A DNA stretch of 64,000 bases, from assembly GCA_016177875.1 (NCBI GenBank), contig JACOUL010000008.1:79432-143431 (forward strand). Direction: 5' to 3'. The notes under the pieces were generated by a model that saw only the letters and a list, made by a program, of their open reading frames with translations, ran no database searches and was not told the origin of the DNA. The stretch comes from Burkholderiales bacterium. Its GTDB lineage: Bacteria > Pseudomonadota > Gammaproteobacteria > Burkholderiales > Burkholderiaceae_D. This document shows, one piece after another, positions 37,255-46,886 of this stretch. Positions within the stretch are counted from its first letter, which is position 1. Every line of letters starts with the position of its first letter. Position numbers and translations under genes: made by a program.

Positions 37255-37345
37255 TTTAAAAGATTCAAATAAAATGTATGTTTATGCGCATGTAAAGACG
37301 CGACATCGCCAAGCGGGGAAAATAAACATATAAAATGGACATACG

Positions 37346-37840
37346 ATGAGACTGACTTCCTACACCGACTATGCTTTGCGCACGCTGATGTATCTCGCGG
37401 TGAATCGCGATCGGCTGGTGACCATTCAAGACATCGCGGATTTGCACGGCATCGCCAAGAACCACTTGACGAAGGTGGTGCATCAATTGGGGCAGCTGGG
37501 CGTAGTAGAAACCGTGCGCGGCCGCAGCGGCGGATTGCGGCTCGGTAAAGAGCCGAGCGACATCAATATCGGCGAGGTGGTCAGGCAGACCGAAAGCGAT
37601 TTCATGATGGCCGAATGTTTTGATCGGGACAACGCCAGTTGTGCGTATTCATCCGCATGCGTACTTAAAGGCGTGTTGAGTTCGGCGACCGCAGCCTACC
37701 TGGCCGTGCTCGATGGCGTTACCTTGGAAAATTTGGTCAAGAAAGGCAGCGTCCTTGGCGGTAATGCAAACGCGATCGGCAAGCCGTTGCGGTTTCAAGC
37801 GGTAGCCAGGGCAAAAAGATCAGCAAATGAGGGCAAGTAA
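37346..37840 (+). CDS. nsrR: NO-sensing Rrf2-family transcriptional repressor
   Basis: MRLTSYTDYALRTLMYLA...: Rrf2 HTH. C-terminal Cys cluster (C..C.....C) for the Fe-S centre. Confidence 0.8.
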   Translation: MRLTSYTDYALRTLMYLAVNRDRLVTIQDIADLHGIAKNHLTKVVHQLGQLGVVETVRGRSGGLRLGKEPSDINIGEVVRQTESDFMMAECFDRDNASCAYSSACVLKGVLSSATAAYLAVLDGVTLENLVKKGSVLGGNANAIGKPLRFQAVARAKRSANEGK

Positions 37841-38521
37841 ATGAGCGTCGGAAAAATCAGGCCGCAAGACTTCCTTTCCAAGCTGCCGCTATTTAATGAA
37901 ATGGGGGAAGCCGAGCTCGACCGTATTGCGGCGGGCGCAACTGAAGTACGCGCAATGCGCGGCGATACCTTGTTTCGCCGCGGCGATCCTTGCGTCGGGT
38001 TTCATACCGTGGTCTATGGCCAAATTAAACTGGCGTTCACCTCGCCGCAGGGCGACGAAAAAGTGGTGGAATTGATCGGCCCGGGACATAGCTTCGGCGA
38101 AGCGCTGATGTTCATGGAAAAGCCGTATATCGTTACCGCGCAAGCGTTGGCAGATAGTCTTTTGCTGCACGTTTCAAAAACCGTCGTGTTCGATGAGATC
38201 GAACGCGATCCCAAATTCGCCCGCAAAATGTTGGCGGGCATGAGCCGGCGCTTGCATGGCTTGATGAGCGACGTCGAAGCGTATTCGCTGCGCTCCGGCA
38301 CCGAGCGCGTGATCGGCTATTTGTTGAAGGATGAAGCGCAGGGCGATGGCGCGACCGTCACGTTGCAGGCGAATAAAGCGGTGATTGCTTCGCGCTTGAA
38401 TCTCACGCCGGAACATTTTTCACGCGTATTGCAGGTCTTATCGTCGCGTAACCTCATCAGCGTAAGCGGCAAGGAAATCACGATCCTGGATGTTGAAAAG
38501 CTGCGTAATTATCAGGAATAG
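37841..38521 (+). CDS. Crp/Fnr-family transcriptional regulator (Dnr/NnrR-like, no N-terminal Fe-S Cys cluster)
   Basis: cNMP-binding-like sensor domain plus C-terminal HTH (RLNLTPEHFSRVLQVL). Lacks FNR-type cysteines. Confidence 0.75.
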   Translation: MSVGKIRPQDFLSKLPLFNEMGEAELDRIAAGATEVRAMRGDTLFRRGDPCVGFHTVVYGQIKLAFTSPQGDEKVVELIGPGHSFGEALMFMEKPYIVTAQALADSLLLHVSKTVVFDEIERDPKFARKMLAGMSRRLHGLMSDVEAYSLRSGTERVIGYLLKDEAQGDGATVTLQANKAVIASRLNLTPEHFSRVLQVLSSRNLISVSGKEITILDVEKLRNYQE

Positions 38522-39816
38522 CTTGGCAGCAGATGAGTGCGGATGAATTGGCGATAGCTGCTTGCCGCGCGCAGCAGATTCCAGCCAAGGAAACCCGACG
38601 AAATGCCAAGTGCCAAACCGGCCGGCCGCGCCAGCATCTCAGGCCAGATGACCGCCCCCGTCAACATGAGCACCGCGACAAGATGCGCGCAAAATTGGTT
38701 GAAGGCAGCCGGCTCTGAAATGACGTCTCGTACATTGGGCGCTCTTATGCGTCGATCGGTAATCTGATTTTGTAGGTGATACCACACTAAGAACGGCACG
38801 ATTTTGTATAGCATCCCATTGACTATCGATAATACAAAGCCGGCGATGAATAGCACACCCAAGAGCAAGGGGTAAGCTGCAGTTTGCTGTAGATGCGGGG
38901 CGAACTGGCCGGTCATCCAAATCGCGCCGCAGATCGCCAGAAAAATCATGCCGCATACCCAAAAATACGTCGTCGCATCCGGTGGGCGCTTGCGGCTCTT
39001 TAGCAAGCGGAGGGTGACGATGGCAAATGCAAGATAGGCGACAGCCGCCGGCAGCATAAACGCATCGAGTGAATCGCCCTCGGCATTTGTGCCCCATGCA
39101 AAGGCGAGGGTCCCCGCGGCAAGAATGCCGAAAATCGACCGCGCAAGCCATTGCGTCATCGCAGCGGGATAGAGCGGTGTTACTTGGAACATGGGTAAAA
39201 CTTGATAGGCGACGCCGACGATCAAAAGCCCGACCCAGCCGAGCAAGCCCCAACCGGCATGTAGATTGACGAGAGGCACCAGCGGCAATGCAACTTGCCA
39301 GGCGAAGATGGCGGCAACACTTGCGCCGAGCAGTATCGTGATCGCCAACGCCATGAGTGCCATGCGGATAGCGGATACGGTTGCGCTTAGCTCTCGTAAG
39401 CGCCGCATACCGCGCACGCACGCGGCTAAAAGAATAACGAAAGCGGTTGGAAGGATCAGGATGGCCAGCTTGAACATCCACGCTTCGGACGAGAGAAAGG
39501 CAGCACATAAAAGCAGCGTGCCGAGCGTCAGTAATACGTGTGTGGCTGAAGCCGTAAGGCGCAACTGCGGTAATGCGACGCCGGCAACGACATGCAGGAT
39601 TTGTATCAAGGCCCCAATCATTGTCATCGCGAGAAAGCCGAGTGTCAATAGATGGGTAAGCGCAAGCGTGCCGGGCGACCAACGCGATACAAACAGATCC
39701 TGGCCCTGCCAAACGATCAATAAAGAGGCAAGAATTGCGAAGAAAGGTGCCGTAAGGAAGAAACGCAGCGGGATAGATAGGGCAGGCGCTTGATCCAAGG
39801 ACAATACACGCTGCAT
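38512..39816 (-). CDS. nnrS: NnrS family haem-copper membrane protein
   Basis: 434-aa polytopic membrane protein with conserved His residues. Typical partner of nor/nsrR loci. Confidence 0.7.
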   Translation of the reverse strand: MQRVLSLDQAPALSIPLRFFLTAPFFAILASLLIVWQGQDLFVSRWSPGTLALTHLLTLGFLAMTMIGALIQILHVVAGVALPQLRLTASATHVLLTLGTLLLCAAFLSSEAWMFKLAILILPTAFVILLAACVRGMRRLRELSATVSAIRMALMALAITILLGASVAAIFAWQVALPLVPLVNLHAGWGLLGWVGLLIVGVAYQVLPMFQVTPLYPAAMTQWLARSIFGILAAGTLAFAWGTNAEGDSLDAFMLPAAVAYLAFAIVTLRLLKSRKRPPDATTYFWVCGMIFLAICGAIWMTGQFAPHLQQTAAYPLLLGVLFIAGFVLSIVNGMLYKIVPFLVWYHLQNQITDRRIRAPNVRDVISEPAAFNQFCAHLVAVLMLTGAVIWPEMLARPAGLALGISSGFLGWNLLRAASSYRQFIRTHLLPSYS

Positions 39817-40052
39817 TAGGTTTGGCCGTCTTTCCAGATCAAGATTTCAAAGAGATAGTCGGGACGCGCTTCGGCCTTGAATTGGTAGCCGTTGTTTTCC
39901 AGGAGGCGATACAAAGGGCGCGGCTCGCGGTCGATCAGCATGCATAACTCCTGTTGCGGCTGCAGAGCCGAAAGTGCGTTGAGCACACGCTCAAGCGGCT
40001 CGGGCGGCTCCAGCCCGCAGACGTCGATATGCACGCGCTCCCTTTCACTCAT
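39816..40052 (-). CDS. DUF2249 domain protein
   Basis: HIDVCGLEPPEPLERVLNAL...LIDREPRPLY: DUF2249 signature. 78 aa. Confidence 0.55.
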   Translation of the reverse strand: MSERERVHIDVCGLEPPEPLERVLNALSALQPQQELCMLIDREPRPLYRLLENNGYQFKAEARPDYLFEILIWKDGQT

Positions 40053-40498
40053 GCTACAACCCCCAAGCGACTCATCGCTTCCATGATTTCATCCTGCATA
40101 TCGAACAGTACTTGCTCCGTCATCGGGTAAAGGATGTTTTCTTCCTTCATATTGTGTTGCTGGAGCATGATGTTGAGTGTATCCGCAAATCCAAGAAAAG
40201 ACGCGCAGTTTTGCGTGCTTAATGCTTCGTTCAAGTCGTCCAGTATATTGCGGATTTCCCGATGCTCGCTGCGCATCACGCAAGTAGGGCCGCGTGTATT
40301 GCCGGTCTTTTTTTCGAATGCGGGGAACAGCACTTCCTCCTCCATGGAAAGATGGCGCGTGGTGGCTTCATAAAATTCCCGAAAACTCGTTTCGACCTGT
40401 TGCCATTCATTTTTCGAAGCCGCAATTTCCGCTTCCGCCAATAGTTCATCGCAATGACGGTGCTCGCCTGTTAAAAAATCGGTAAGGCCTTTGCTCAT
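40049..40498 (-). CDS. Hemerythrin-like (HHE cation-binding) domain protein
   Basis: H..E...H...E pattern (EHRHCDELL...HLSMEEEVLFP...EHREI). Confidence 0.65.
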   Translation of the reverse strand: MSKGLTDFLTGEHRHCDELLAEAEIAASKNEWQQVETSFREFYEATTRHLSMEEEVLFPAFEKKTGNTRGPTCVMRSEHREIRNILDDLNEALSTQNCASFLGFADTLNIMLQQHNMKEENILYPMTEQVLFDMQDEIMEAMSRLGVVA

Positions 40499-40553
40499 TC
40501 TGTTCTCCTAAGATGATGGCTGCATTGTTGCAGTCGCGGCGAAGCCGTTACCT

Positions 40554-40567
40554 TGATTCAAATTAAG
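40554..40567. promoter_or_regulatory. FNR/Dnr-type box candidate (TTGAT-TCAA-ATTAA, one mismatch to TTGAT-N4-ATCAA)
   Basis: Located in the divergent hemerythrin / ubiU intergenic region. Confidence 0.35.
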
Positions 40568-40729
40568 TATTTTTTGGCTCGGAAACGCTTGATCTCGATC
40601 AATCAAATTCCGTTTCCGCTTTGCTACAGTGCATCGCGTAAGTTCGTTTTTAACTCCCGATCTCTTCTCATGTCAGCGGCTGTTACGCCTTTTCCCACTC
40701 GTGGCCAGGTTGCGCCTGCAACGGCGGCT

Positions 40730-41725
40730 ATGGAATTGGTATGCCCTGCAGGCAGTCTTCCGGCATTAAAGGCGGCAGTCGACAATGGCGCGGATTGCGT
40801 CTATCTGGGTTTTAAGGATGCGACCAACGCCCGCAATTTCGCCGGCCTGAATTTCGACGAAGCGGCGATTCAAGAAGGCGTACGCTACGCACACGACCGC
40901 CGCCGCAAGGTTTTGCTGGCCTTGAATACCTATCCGCAAGCTACGCATTGGGGCATGTGGAAGGCCGCTATCGATCATGCCGGCCGTGTTGGCGTGGATG
41001 CCGTGATCTTGGCCGACCCCTCGTTGATGGAATACGCCGCGACAAATCATCCGCAGCTGCGTCTGCATTTGTCGGTGCAAGGATCGGCGACCAATTACGA
41101 ATCGATCAATTTTTATCATCGGCGCTTCGGCATCGCGCGCGCCGTATTGCCGCGTGTTTTGTCCTTATCGCAGGTGGAGCATGTCGCCGAAAACACGCCG
41201 GTGGAAATTGAAGTGTTCGGCTTCGGCAGTTTATGCGTCATGGTGGAAGGCCGTTGCGCACTTTCCTCCTACGTGACAGGTGAAGCACCGAATACGGCGG
41301 GCGTGTGTTCGCCGGCCAAAGCGGTGCGCTGGCAGCACACGCCCAAGGGATTGGAGTCGCGCCTCAACGGCGTGTTGATCGACCGCTATGCCGACGGCGA
41401 AAACGCCGGCTATCCGACGATATGCAAGGGGCGCTTCGATGTCGCCGATGAAAATTACTACGCGATCGAAGAACCGACCAGCTTGAACACCCTTGAGCTA
41501 CTGCCGCAGCTGATGAAAATCGGCATACGTGCCATCAAGATAGAAGGACGCCAGCGCAGCCCGGCCTATGTCGCCCAAGTCACGCAAGTATGGCGGCAGG
41601 CGATCGATCAATGCCTCGACAGCCAGCAGCGTTATTCGGTCAAGCCGTCGTGGATGAATGATTTGAACAAGGTGGCCGAAGGGCAGCAGCATACGCTCGG
41701 CGCCTATCACCGGCCGTGGAAATGA
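40730..41725 (+). CDS. ubiU: O2-independent ubiquinone biosynthesis protein UbiU (U32 peptidase family)
   Basis: MELVCPAGSLPALKAAVDNGADCVYLGFKDATNARNFAGLNF: UbiU/YhbU-like. Four conserved Cys for the Fe-S cluster. Confidence 0.75.
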   Translation: MELVCPAGSLPALKAAVDNGADCVYLGFKDATNARNFAGLNFDEAAIQEGVRYAHDRRRKVLLALNTYPQATHWGMWKAAIDHAGRVGVDAVILADPSLMEYAATNHPQLRLHLSVQGSATNYESINFYHRRFGIARAVLPRVLSLSQVEHVAENTPVEIEVFGFGSLCVMVEGRCALSSYVTGEAPNTAGVCSPAKAVRWQHTPKGLESRLNGVLIDRYADGENAGYPTICKGRFDVADENYYAIEEPTSLNTLELLPQLMKIGIRAIKIEGRQRSPAYVAQVTQVWRQAIDQCLDSQQRYSVKPSWMNDLNKVAEGQQHTLGAYHRPWK

Positions 41726-42612
41726 AGCTCTCACTCGGCCCACTCCTGTACTACTGGTCGCGTGACGCGGTATTTCAGTTTTATGGCGACATGGTGGATG
41801 CGCCGGTCGATATCGTGCATCTCGGCGAAGCGGTTTGCTCACGGCGCCATGAATTGCGTTTGTCCGACTGGTTGGAGATCGCGGAACACCTTGCCGCTGC
41901 CGGCAAGGAAGTCGTGTTGTCGACCCAAGTTTTGCTGGAGTCCAAGAGCGATTTGTCGACTCTGCGCCGGATGACCGACAACGGCAAGTTCGGCGTGGAA
42001 GCCAACGACATCGGCGCGGTCAATTGCATTGCCGGACAGGCACCATTCGTCGCCGGCCCGCACCTGAATATCTATAACGCGCATACGCTTGATTTTTTTG
42101 CCAAGACCGGCGCCAAGCGCTGGGTCATGCCCTTGGAAATGTCGCGCGACAGTCTTGCGCATATTCTGCGCGAAGCGAAACAAGCACCGGAAACGGAAGT
42201 GTTTTCTTATGGCCGCATGCCCTTGGCATTTTCCGCACGCTGCTTCACCGCGCGTCATCGCAACCTGCCCAAGGACGATTGCCAATTCAGCTGTCTCGAT
42301 TATCCGGACGGCTTGCTGATGAAAACGCGGGAGAGCGAAAACTTCCTGGTCTTGAACGGCATTCAAACGCAATCTGCCTTGGTGTACAACTTGATCGATC
42401 AGCTCGATGCCATGCGCGAGTTGGGCGTAGGTGTCGTGCGCTTAAGTCCGCAGTCGCAATACATGCCGCGCATTGTCGAGCTTTTTAAAGGCGTGATGTC
42501 CGGCCAGCTGGCAGCGGACGCAGCGGCGCGGGAATTGCAGCCCTTGATGCCGGACGGCGCCTGCAACGGCTATTGGCACGGCAAGCCCGGTTTGGAACGA
42601 TTGGTAGCGTAG
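41716..42612 (+). CDS. ubiV: Ubiquinone biosynthesis protein UbiV (U32 family partner)
   Basis: MKLSLGPLLYYW...IVHLGEAVCSRR: UbiV/YhbV-like. Overlaps ubiU. Confidence 0.75.
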   Translation: MEMKLSLGPLLYYWSRDAVFQFYGDMVDAPVDIVHLGEAVCSRRHELRLSDWLEIAEHLAAAGKEVVLSTQVLLESKSDLSTLRRMTDNGKFGVEANDIGAVNCIAGQAPFVAGPHLNIYNAHTLDFFAKTGAKRWVMPLEMSRDSLAHILREAKQAPETEVFSYGRMPLAFSARCFTARHRNLPKDDCQFSCLDYPDGLLMKTRESENFLVLNGIQTQSALVYNLIDQLDAMRELGVGVVRLSPQSQYMPRIVELFKGVMSGQLAADAAARELQPLMPDGACNGYWHGKPGLERLVA

Positions 42613-42620
42613 GAGAAAAA

Positions 42621-43094
42621 ATGAGTCAATCGCGTTTTCAAGTTCCCGGTCCGGTTGGACGCATGCTCTCGTTGCTGCCTCCCTATCCCGGCTCATTTTT
42701 GTTTGCGACGGCGCTTAATCTGGTGTTGAAGCGCAGCTTGCCGGCCGACGTCTTGCAGTCGCTGCACGGCAAACGCCTGCGCATCAAGGTCATCGACGCG
42801 CAACTCGCATTCGATTTTCAATGGACCAATGCCGGCTTTTCCGCCTGCGGTTCAGGAAGCGCACCCGATTTATTGATCGGCGCAAGCGCGCACGACTTTG
42901 TACTGCTCGCGCGTCGCCAGGAAGATCCCGATACGCTCTTCTTCAGCCGGCGCTTGATCATGGAAGGCGATACGGAGCTCGGACTTCTGGTTAAAAACAC
43001 GCTGGACGCCATTGAATTACCGCCGTTTGAACCGGCGCAATTAGCACCTGCACGCGTCTTCGGTCGCTTGCGTGCGGGATTGCGGAGAAACTAA
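42621..43094 (+). CDS. ubiT: Ubiquinone biosynthesis accessory protein UbiT (SCP2 domain)
   Basis: AGGAG RBS. SCP2-like sterol-carrier fold sequence following ubiU-ubiV. Confidence 0.65.
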   Translation: MSQSRFQVPGPVGRMLSLLPPYPGSFLFATALNLVLKRSLPADVLQSLHGKRLRIKVIDAQLAFDFQWTNAGFSACGSGSAPDLLIGASAHDFVLLARRQEDPDTLFFSRRLIMEGDTELGLLVKNTLDAIELPPFEPAQLAPARVFGRLRAGLRRN

Positions 43095-43102
43095 GGTGAA
43101 AC

Positions 43103-43498
43103 ATGGAAATTATCGAAAAATCTTTACCGCTGGTGTATTCCTGCTCAGGCTGTTCAAGCGCCGCGCAGGCGGCAAACTTCATCGCGCTTCAACTTGACCG
43201 TCGCGGCATGGCGGAGATGTCATGCATTGCCGGCGTCGGCGGCGACGTGCCGCATTTGCTGAAGATCGCAAAATCCGGCCGCCAGATCATCGCGCTCGAT
43301 GGTTGCGCGCTGGCGTGCACCAAGAGCTGCTTAGCGCGCCACGATTTGAAGCCAGACCAGTATTACCAATTGCAGGATTACGGCGTCAAGAAGCGCTTCC
43401 GTGCCGATTTTGACCGTGTGCGCGCCGACGCCGTTGTCGAAACCATCGCCGCTATCCTGCCTGCCTCTAGCAAAACACCGCAGCGGCGCATGTTGTAA
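43103..43498 (+). CDS. DGC-domain putative zinc-binding protein
   Basis: ALDGCALAC motif (DGC domain) and several conserved Cys. Confidence 0.5.
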   Translation: MEIIEKSLPLVYSCSGCSSAAQAANFIALQLDRRGMAEMSCIAGVGGDVPHLLKIAKSGRQIIALDGCALACTKSCLARHDLKPDQYYQLQDYGVKKRFRADFDRVRADAVVETIAAILPASSKTPQRRML

Positions 43499-43503
43499 GG
43501 CGC

Positions 43504-44094
43504 TTATTTGATCGGCGCCATCAAATGCTGGTACGGCGTGCCCGGCCACATCACATATGGCACGGCGGTATCAGGATCGGCTGCTTTCGGATACATATCA
43601 TAAAAGCTCGGATCGGCGCCCACGATCATTACGTGCGGCCCGGTCTTAATCCAGTGGTTGCCGGGTTCCGGCTTGGTGGCGTACGGATCGGTGTTGCTGG
43701 CATCCGTGCCGCCCGACAGCATATACATGAACCCGACTTTGCCGCTCGGTGGCGTCTTATGTTCCATCCACGCGTTTGCCCACTCTAGCGCCGCCTTATC
43801 CATGCACATCGGATCTTTGCTCGGCGTGGCCGGATTGTCCGGCATGCATGTAAAACCGTTCTTGCCTTCTCGAATCGTCCGCATTTTTCCATCAGGACCA
43901 GGAGCGATGATCGTTGCGCCTGCACCGACCTTCGGCGGCGCCGCATCCATCGCGCTCTTGATTAATTCCTTGTCGCTTGGCATGCGGCCGGTTGGTTTAG
44001 CATGTTGCATGGGCTGGTCCGCCGCAAGCGAAACTTGCGCAAGAGAAGCGATGAAGATCGACAACACAGAAGCGATCGCGGATAGTTTGGCCAT
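43504..44094 (-). CDS. Secreted hypothetical protein
   Basis: Signal peptide MAKLSAIASVLSIFIASLAQVSLAA. Pro/Gly-rich mature protein. Confidence 0.5.
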   Translation of the reverse strand: MAKLSAIASVLSIFIASLAQVSLAADQPMQHAKPTGRMPSDKELIKSAMDAAPPKVGAGATIIAPGPDGKMRTIREGKNGFTCMPDNPATPSKDPMCMDKAALEWANAWMEHKTPPSGKVGFMYMLSGGTDASNTDPYATKPEPGNHWIKTGPHVMIVGADPSFYDMYPKAADPDTAVPYVMWPGTPYQHLMAPIK

Positions 44095-44343
44095 TGCGTT
44101 CTCCTAAAGTGCTGGTTCAATGTTTTTAGGAGGAGGCGGCGATGGTGTCAATTTAAGCGTCGGAAAATCTGCGCGGGCGCAAAGTGGATTGCTGGTGAGT
44201 CAGCGTTCGGGGCGGCAAGAGCACGCTTGACTGGCTACTTACTTAGTGCCGAACGCTTTGTTAATTCGCAAGCTCCGATTATGCTTGCAAATCTCCACAA
44301 ATTTGCGTAATGTGTCTATACGCAGATTGCGTATATTTTATCC

Positions 44344-44688
44344 ATGAAAGCACTTTTCGTCGAACTGCCCCCATTTGAACGTTTTCGCGCGATTTATCTT
44401 GACGATGCTGCTTATCAAGACTTGCAAAAGACCTTGATAGCCAATCCAGAATCGGGCGACGTCATTGAAGGAACCGGCGGTTTGCGAAAAATGCGGTATT
44501 CCGATGCCCGGCGTGGCAAAGGCAAGCGTGGTGGCTTGCGAATCATTTATTACTGGTGGGTAGGTGGTTCCCAGTTCTGGCTCTTCACTTTATACGACAA
44601 AGATGAGATGGACGATTTAAGCGCTGACGACCGTAAAAAACTCAAGGCCATGCTGAAGCGCGAAATTGAAGTAAGGAGTAAAAAATGA
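44344..44688 (+). CDS. RelE/ParE-superfamily (HigB-like) toxin
   Basis: GGLRIIYYWWVGGSQFWLFTLYDKDEMDDL matches the HigB/Gp49-like killer family. ATGA overlap with the downstream HTH gene. Confidence 0.65.
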   Translation: MKALFVELPPFERFRAIYLDDAAYQDLQKTLIANPESGDVIEGTGGLRKMRYSDARRGKGKRGGLRIIYYWWVGGSQFWLFTLYDKDEMDDLSADDRKKLKAMLKREIEVRSKK

Positions 44689-44996
44689 AACGTAATTTGA
44701 TGGCGGAGCTGACCGAAGGTTTTGATGCGCTGGCCGCCGAGCGTAAGGGAAAAATCACCCTGAAACATCAGGCCGTCAATATCAATCCTGCGCCGGTCGT
44801 GACGGCGGAAGAGCTTCTCAAGCTGCGCGAAAAACTTCATCTGTCGCGTGGCGTATTCGCGCGCTATTTACGCACGAATGAACGTACTCTGGAAAATTGG
44901 GAGCAAGGACGCGCAAAACCCAATGCGCAAGCCGCGCTTCTCATTCGTATGGTGGAACTGTACCCAGATACCGTGGAGCGGCTTGCCTTGATTTAG
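44685..44996 (+). CDS. XRE-family HTH antitoxin (HigA-like)
   Basis: LSRGVFARYLRTNERTLENWEQGRAKP: HTH_XRE. Toxin-first gene order typical of HigBA. Confidence 0.65.
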   Translation: MKRNLMAELTEGFDALAAERKGKITLKHQAVNINPAPVVTAEELLKLREKLHLSRGVFARYLRTNERTLENWEQGRAKPNAQAALLIRMVELYPDTVERLALI

Positions 44997-45041
44997 GTTG
45001 GCTGATGTGAATGTGCGTTGTCAATATGCGAGACGTTAAAC

Positions 45042-45506
45042 ATGGAGGCCTTTTTTACGGCGTTACTTCTCTTAGCTCTTGCGCTTCCATTTCTTTTTGT
45101 CGGGATTGGAAATTTAATCCGCGTGAGAAAAGTATCGAGGTGGTCGACCGTAAAGGGCGTAATAGACTCAGCGGATTTTCAACGACCGGAAGTGCCTTCC
45201 GATGTAGATACCACTTTCCGGCCGAAGATTTGCTTTTCCTGGACATTCAATGGACACCGGTATCAATCAACCAGGCCGGGCATACATGAAAACAGCTTTG
45301 ATCACTTTAGCGAGAGCTCTGTTCGAAAATTTCTGAATCAACTTCCTATCGGCGGTGAAGTCTTGTTACTTATGGACCCAAGTGATCCATCGCGCAGTGT
45401 AGTCCGGCCGGGTATTTCAGCGCCGAGGCGTAGCCACTATTTGGCGCTGATCGCCGCAGGAGTCATTCTGTTGATTTGCGCATCAACGCTATTTGCTTTG
45501 CAGTAG
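45042..45506 (+). CDS. DUF3592-like membrane protein
   Basis: N-terminal TM helix, VKGVIDSAD...Y core, C-terminal TM helix. Same architecture as the ORF at 32627. Confidence 0.45.
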   Translation: MEAFFTALLLLALALPFLFVGIGNLIRVRKVSRWSTVKGVIDSADFQRPEVPSDVDTTFRPKICFSWTFNGHRYQSTRPGIHENSFDHFSESSVRKFLNQLPIGGEVLLLMDPSDPSRSVVRPGISAPRRSHYLALIAAGVILLICASTLFALQ

Positions 45507-45509
45507 CGA

Positions 45510-45881
45510 CTACTTCTCCTTATGCACAATAATCGCCCCGCCGCAATTCACAAAGCAAGTCCGGTAATCTTCCTCGCAGCGATAAGTCGATTCAAGTCCC
45601 CAGCAGCTACGCTTGTCATGGTCCTTTTCGCATGCCTTGACTTCCTCTTTGCCGGAGGCTTTTGCCAAGCAGGCGCGGAAATGCGATTCATTGGAGCGCT
45701 CGCAGCTGGCCTTTTCTCTTTGCGCGCGCTGGATTTCATTGCCGCGGCAGGTCTCTTTAATGGCGGCGCATTGGGTGATGCACATCCGTCCTTGGTCGGT
45801 TACCGGCGGCCGGTATTCGTAACGGATGGTCTCACAGGCAGATAGTAGGAGTAGGGCGAGTAATCCAAGGAAGCGAATCAT
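45510..45881 (-). CDS. Cysteine-rich lipoprotein (hypothetical)
   Basis: Lipobox LLSAC. 14 Cys in 123 aa. Confidence 0.45.
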   Translation of the reverse strand: MIRFLGLLALLLLSACETIRYEYRPPVTDQGRMCITQCAAIKETCRGNEIQRAQREKASCERSNESHFRACLAKASGKEEVKACEKDHDKRSCWGLESTYRCEEDYRTCFVNCGGAIIVHKEK

Positions 45882-45963
45882 GGCGTTTAATGTGTTGGTT
45901 TATCCATCTTGGCAATTCTAACTTGCTTGTTTAATTGCACCACGTATTTCAGAAAATTTCGTG

Positions 45964-46827
45964 TCACTGCGATTCTTTATCGATGAGCTCGTACTGCGCG
46001 ATCACCTGCGCACCGAACAGCAGCAAGGTCGCCACCACTTCCAAGCTCAGCAGCGCGACAATCGCGGTGGTGAGGGTGCCGTACACCACACTCGCTTGCG
46101 ACAGATTTGAAAAATACCATAACAAAATATGGCGGGTGATTTCCCACAGGATGGCGGCCGTCACGCCGCCGATGATCGCGTGCCGAAATTGCAGCCGGCC
46201 GACCGGCATCATCCAGTAAATCAGCGTGAACATGAGGATCTCGCCGCCCAGCCCGAGCAGATAGAGTAAGACGCCGGACACGCCTGCAAGACTCCACGCA
46301 TGGTTTCCTAAAACAAGATTGTGCTGGCCGAGCGCTTCCAGCAGATTGGATACCACCGTCAACACCAGCAGGCCTGCACCGAGAATGAGAATGACGCTGT
46401 ACGGAATCAAAGCGGATATCAGGAAATGACGTTTTCGCTTGAGGAAGCGGTGATAAAAAATGACCGACATCGCCTGGTTTAATCCGGAGAAAGCAAGCGA
46501 GCTGAAAAAGATCATGGTGATGAGCAGCGTCCAGCCGATCGCCGTGCGGTTCTCCAGAAAAATCGCAAGCTCATTCACCACGGCTTTGGATTGGCTCGGC
46601 ACCAGCCATTCGAGATAACGTCCAAGCGTGTGCAGCAATTCCGCTTGGCTGACGATATGCGACAGCGCAATAAAGCTCAGGATGAGCAAAGGAACGATCG
46701 ACAGCAAGGCGTAGTAAGCGAGCGCGCCTGCGAGCAGGAGGCCATTGTTCGCGCTGAAATTTTTGACGGCATCCAGAAAAAATTTCCCCGGATGCTTCAT
46801 GACATAGGCAAGGTTTGGGCTGAGCAT
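45964..46827 (-). CDS. YihY/BrkB family inner-membrane protein
   Basis: LLLAGALAYYALLSIVPLLIL: YihY signature. Six TM segments. Confidence 0.7.
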   Translation of the reverse strand: MLSPNLAYVMKHPGKFFLDAVKNFSANNGLLLAGALAYYALLSIVPLLILSFIALSHIVSQAELLHTLGRYLEWLVPSQSKAVVNELAIFLENRTAIGWTLLITMIFFSSLAFSGLNQAMSVIFYHRFLKRKRHFLISALIPYSVILILGAGLLVLTVVSNLLEALGQHNLVLGNHAWSLAGVSGVLLYLLGLGGEILMFTLIYWMMPVGRLQFRHAIIGGVTAAILWEITRHILLWYFSNLSQASVVYGTLTTAIVALLSLEVVATLLLFGAQVIAQYELIDKESQ

Positions 46828-46886
46828 GCAAACGCTATCATCCAACGAAAGTGCAAACTTTAACACTTTCGAGAATGATGATTGCC

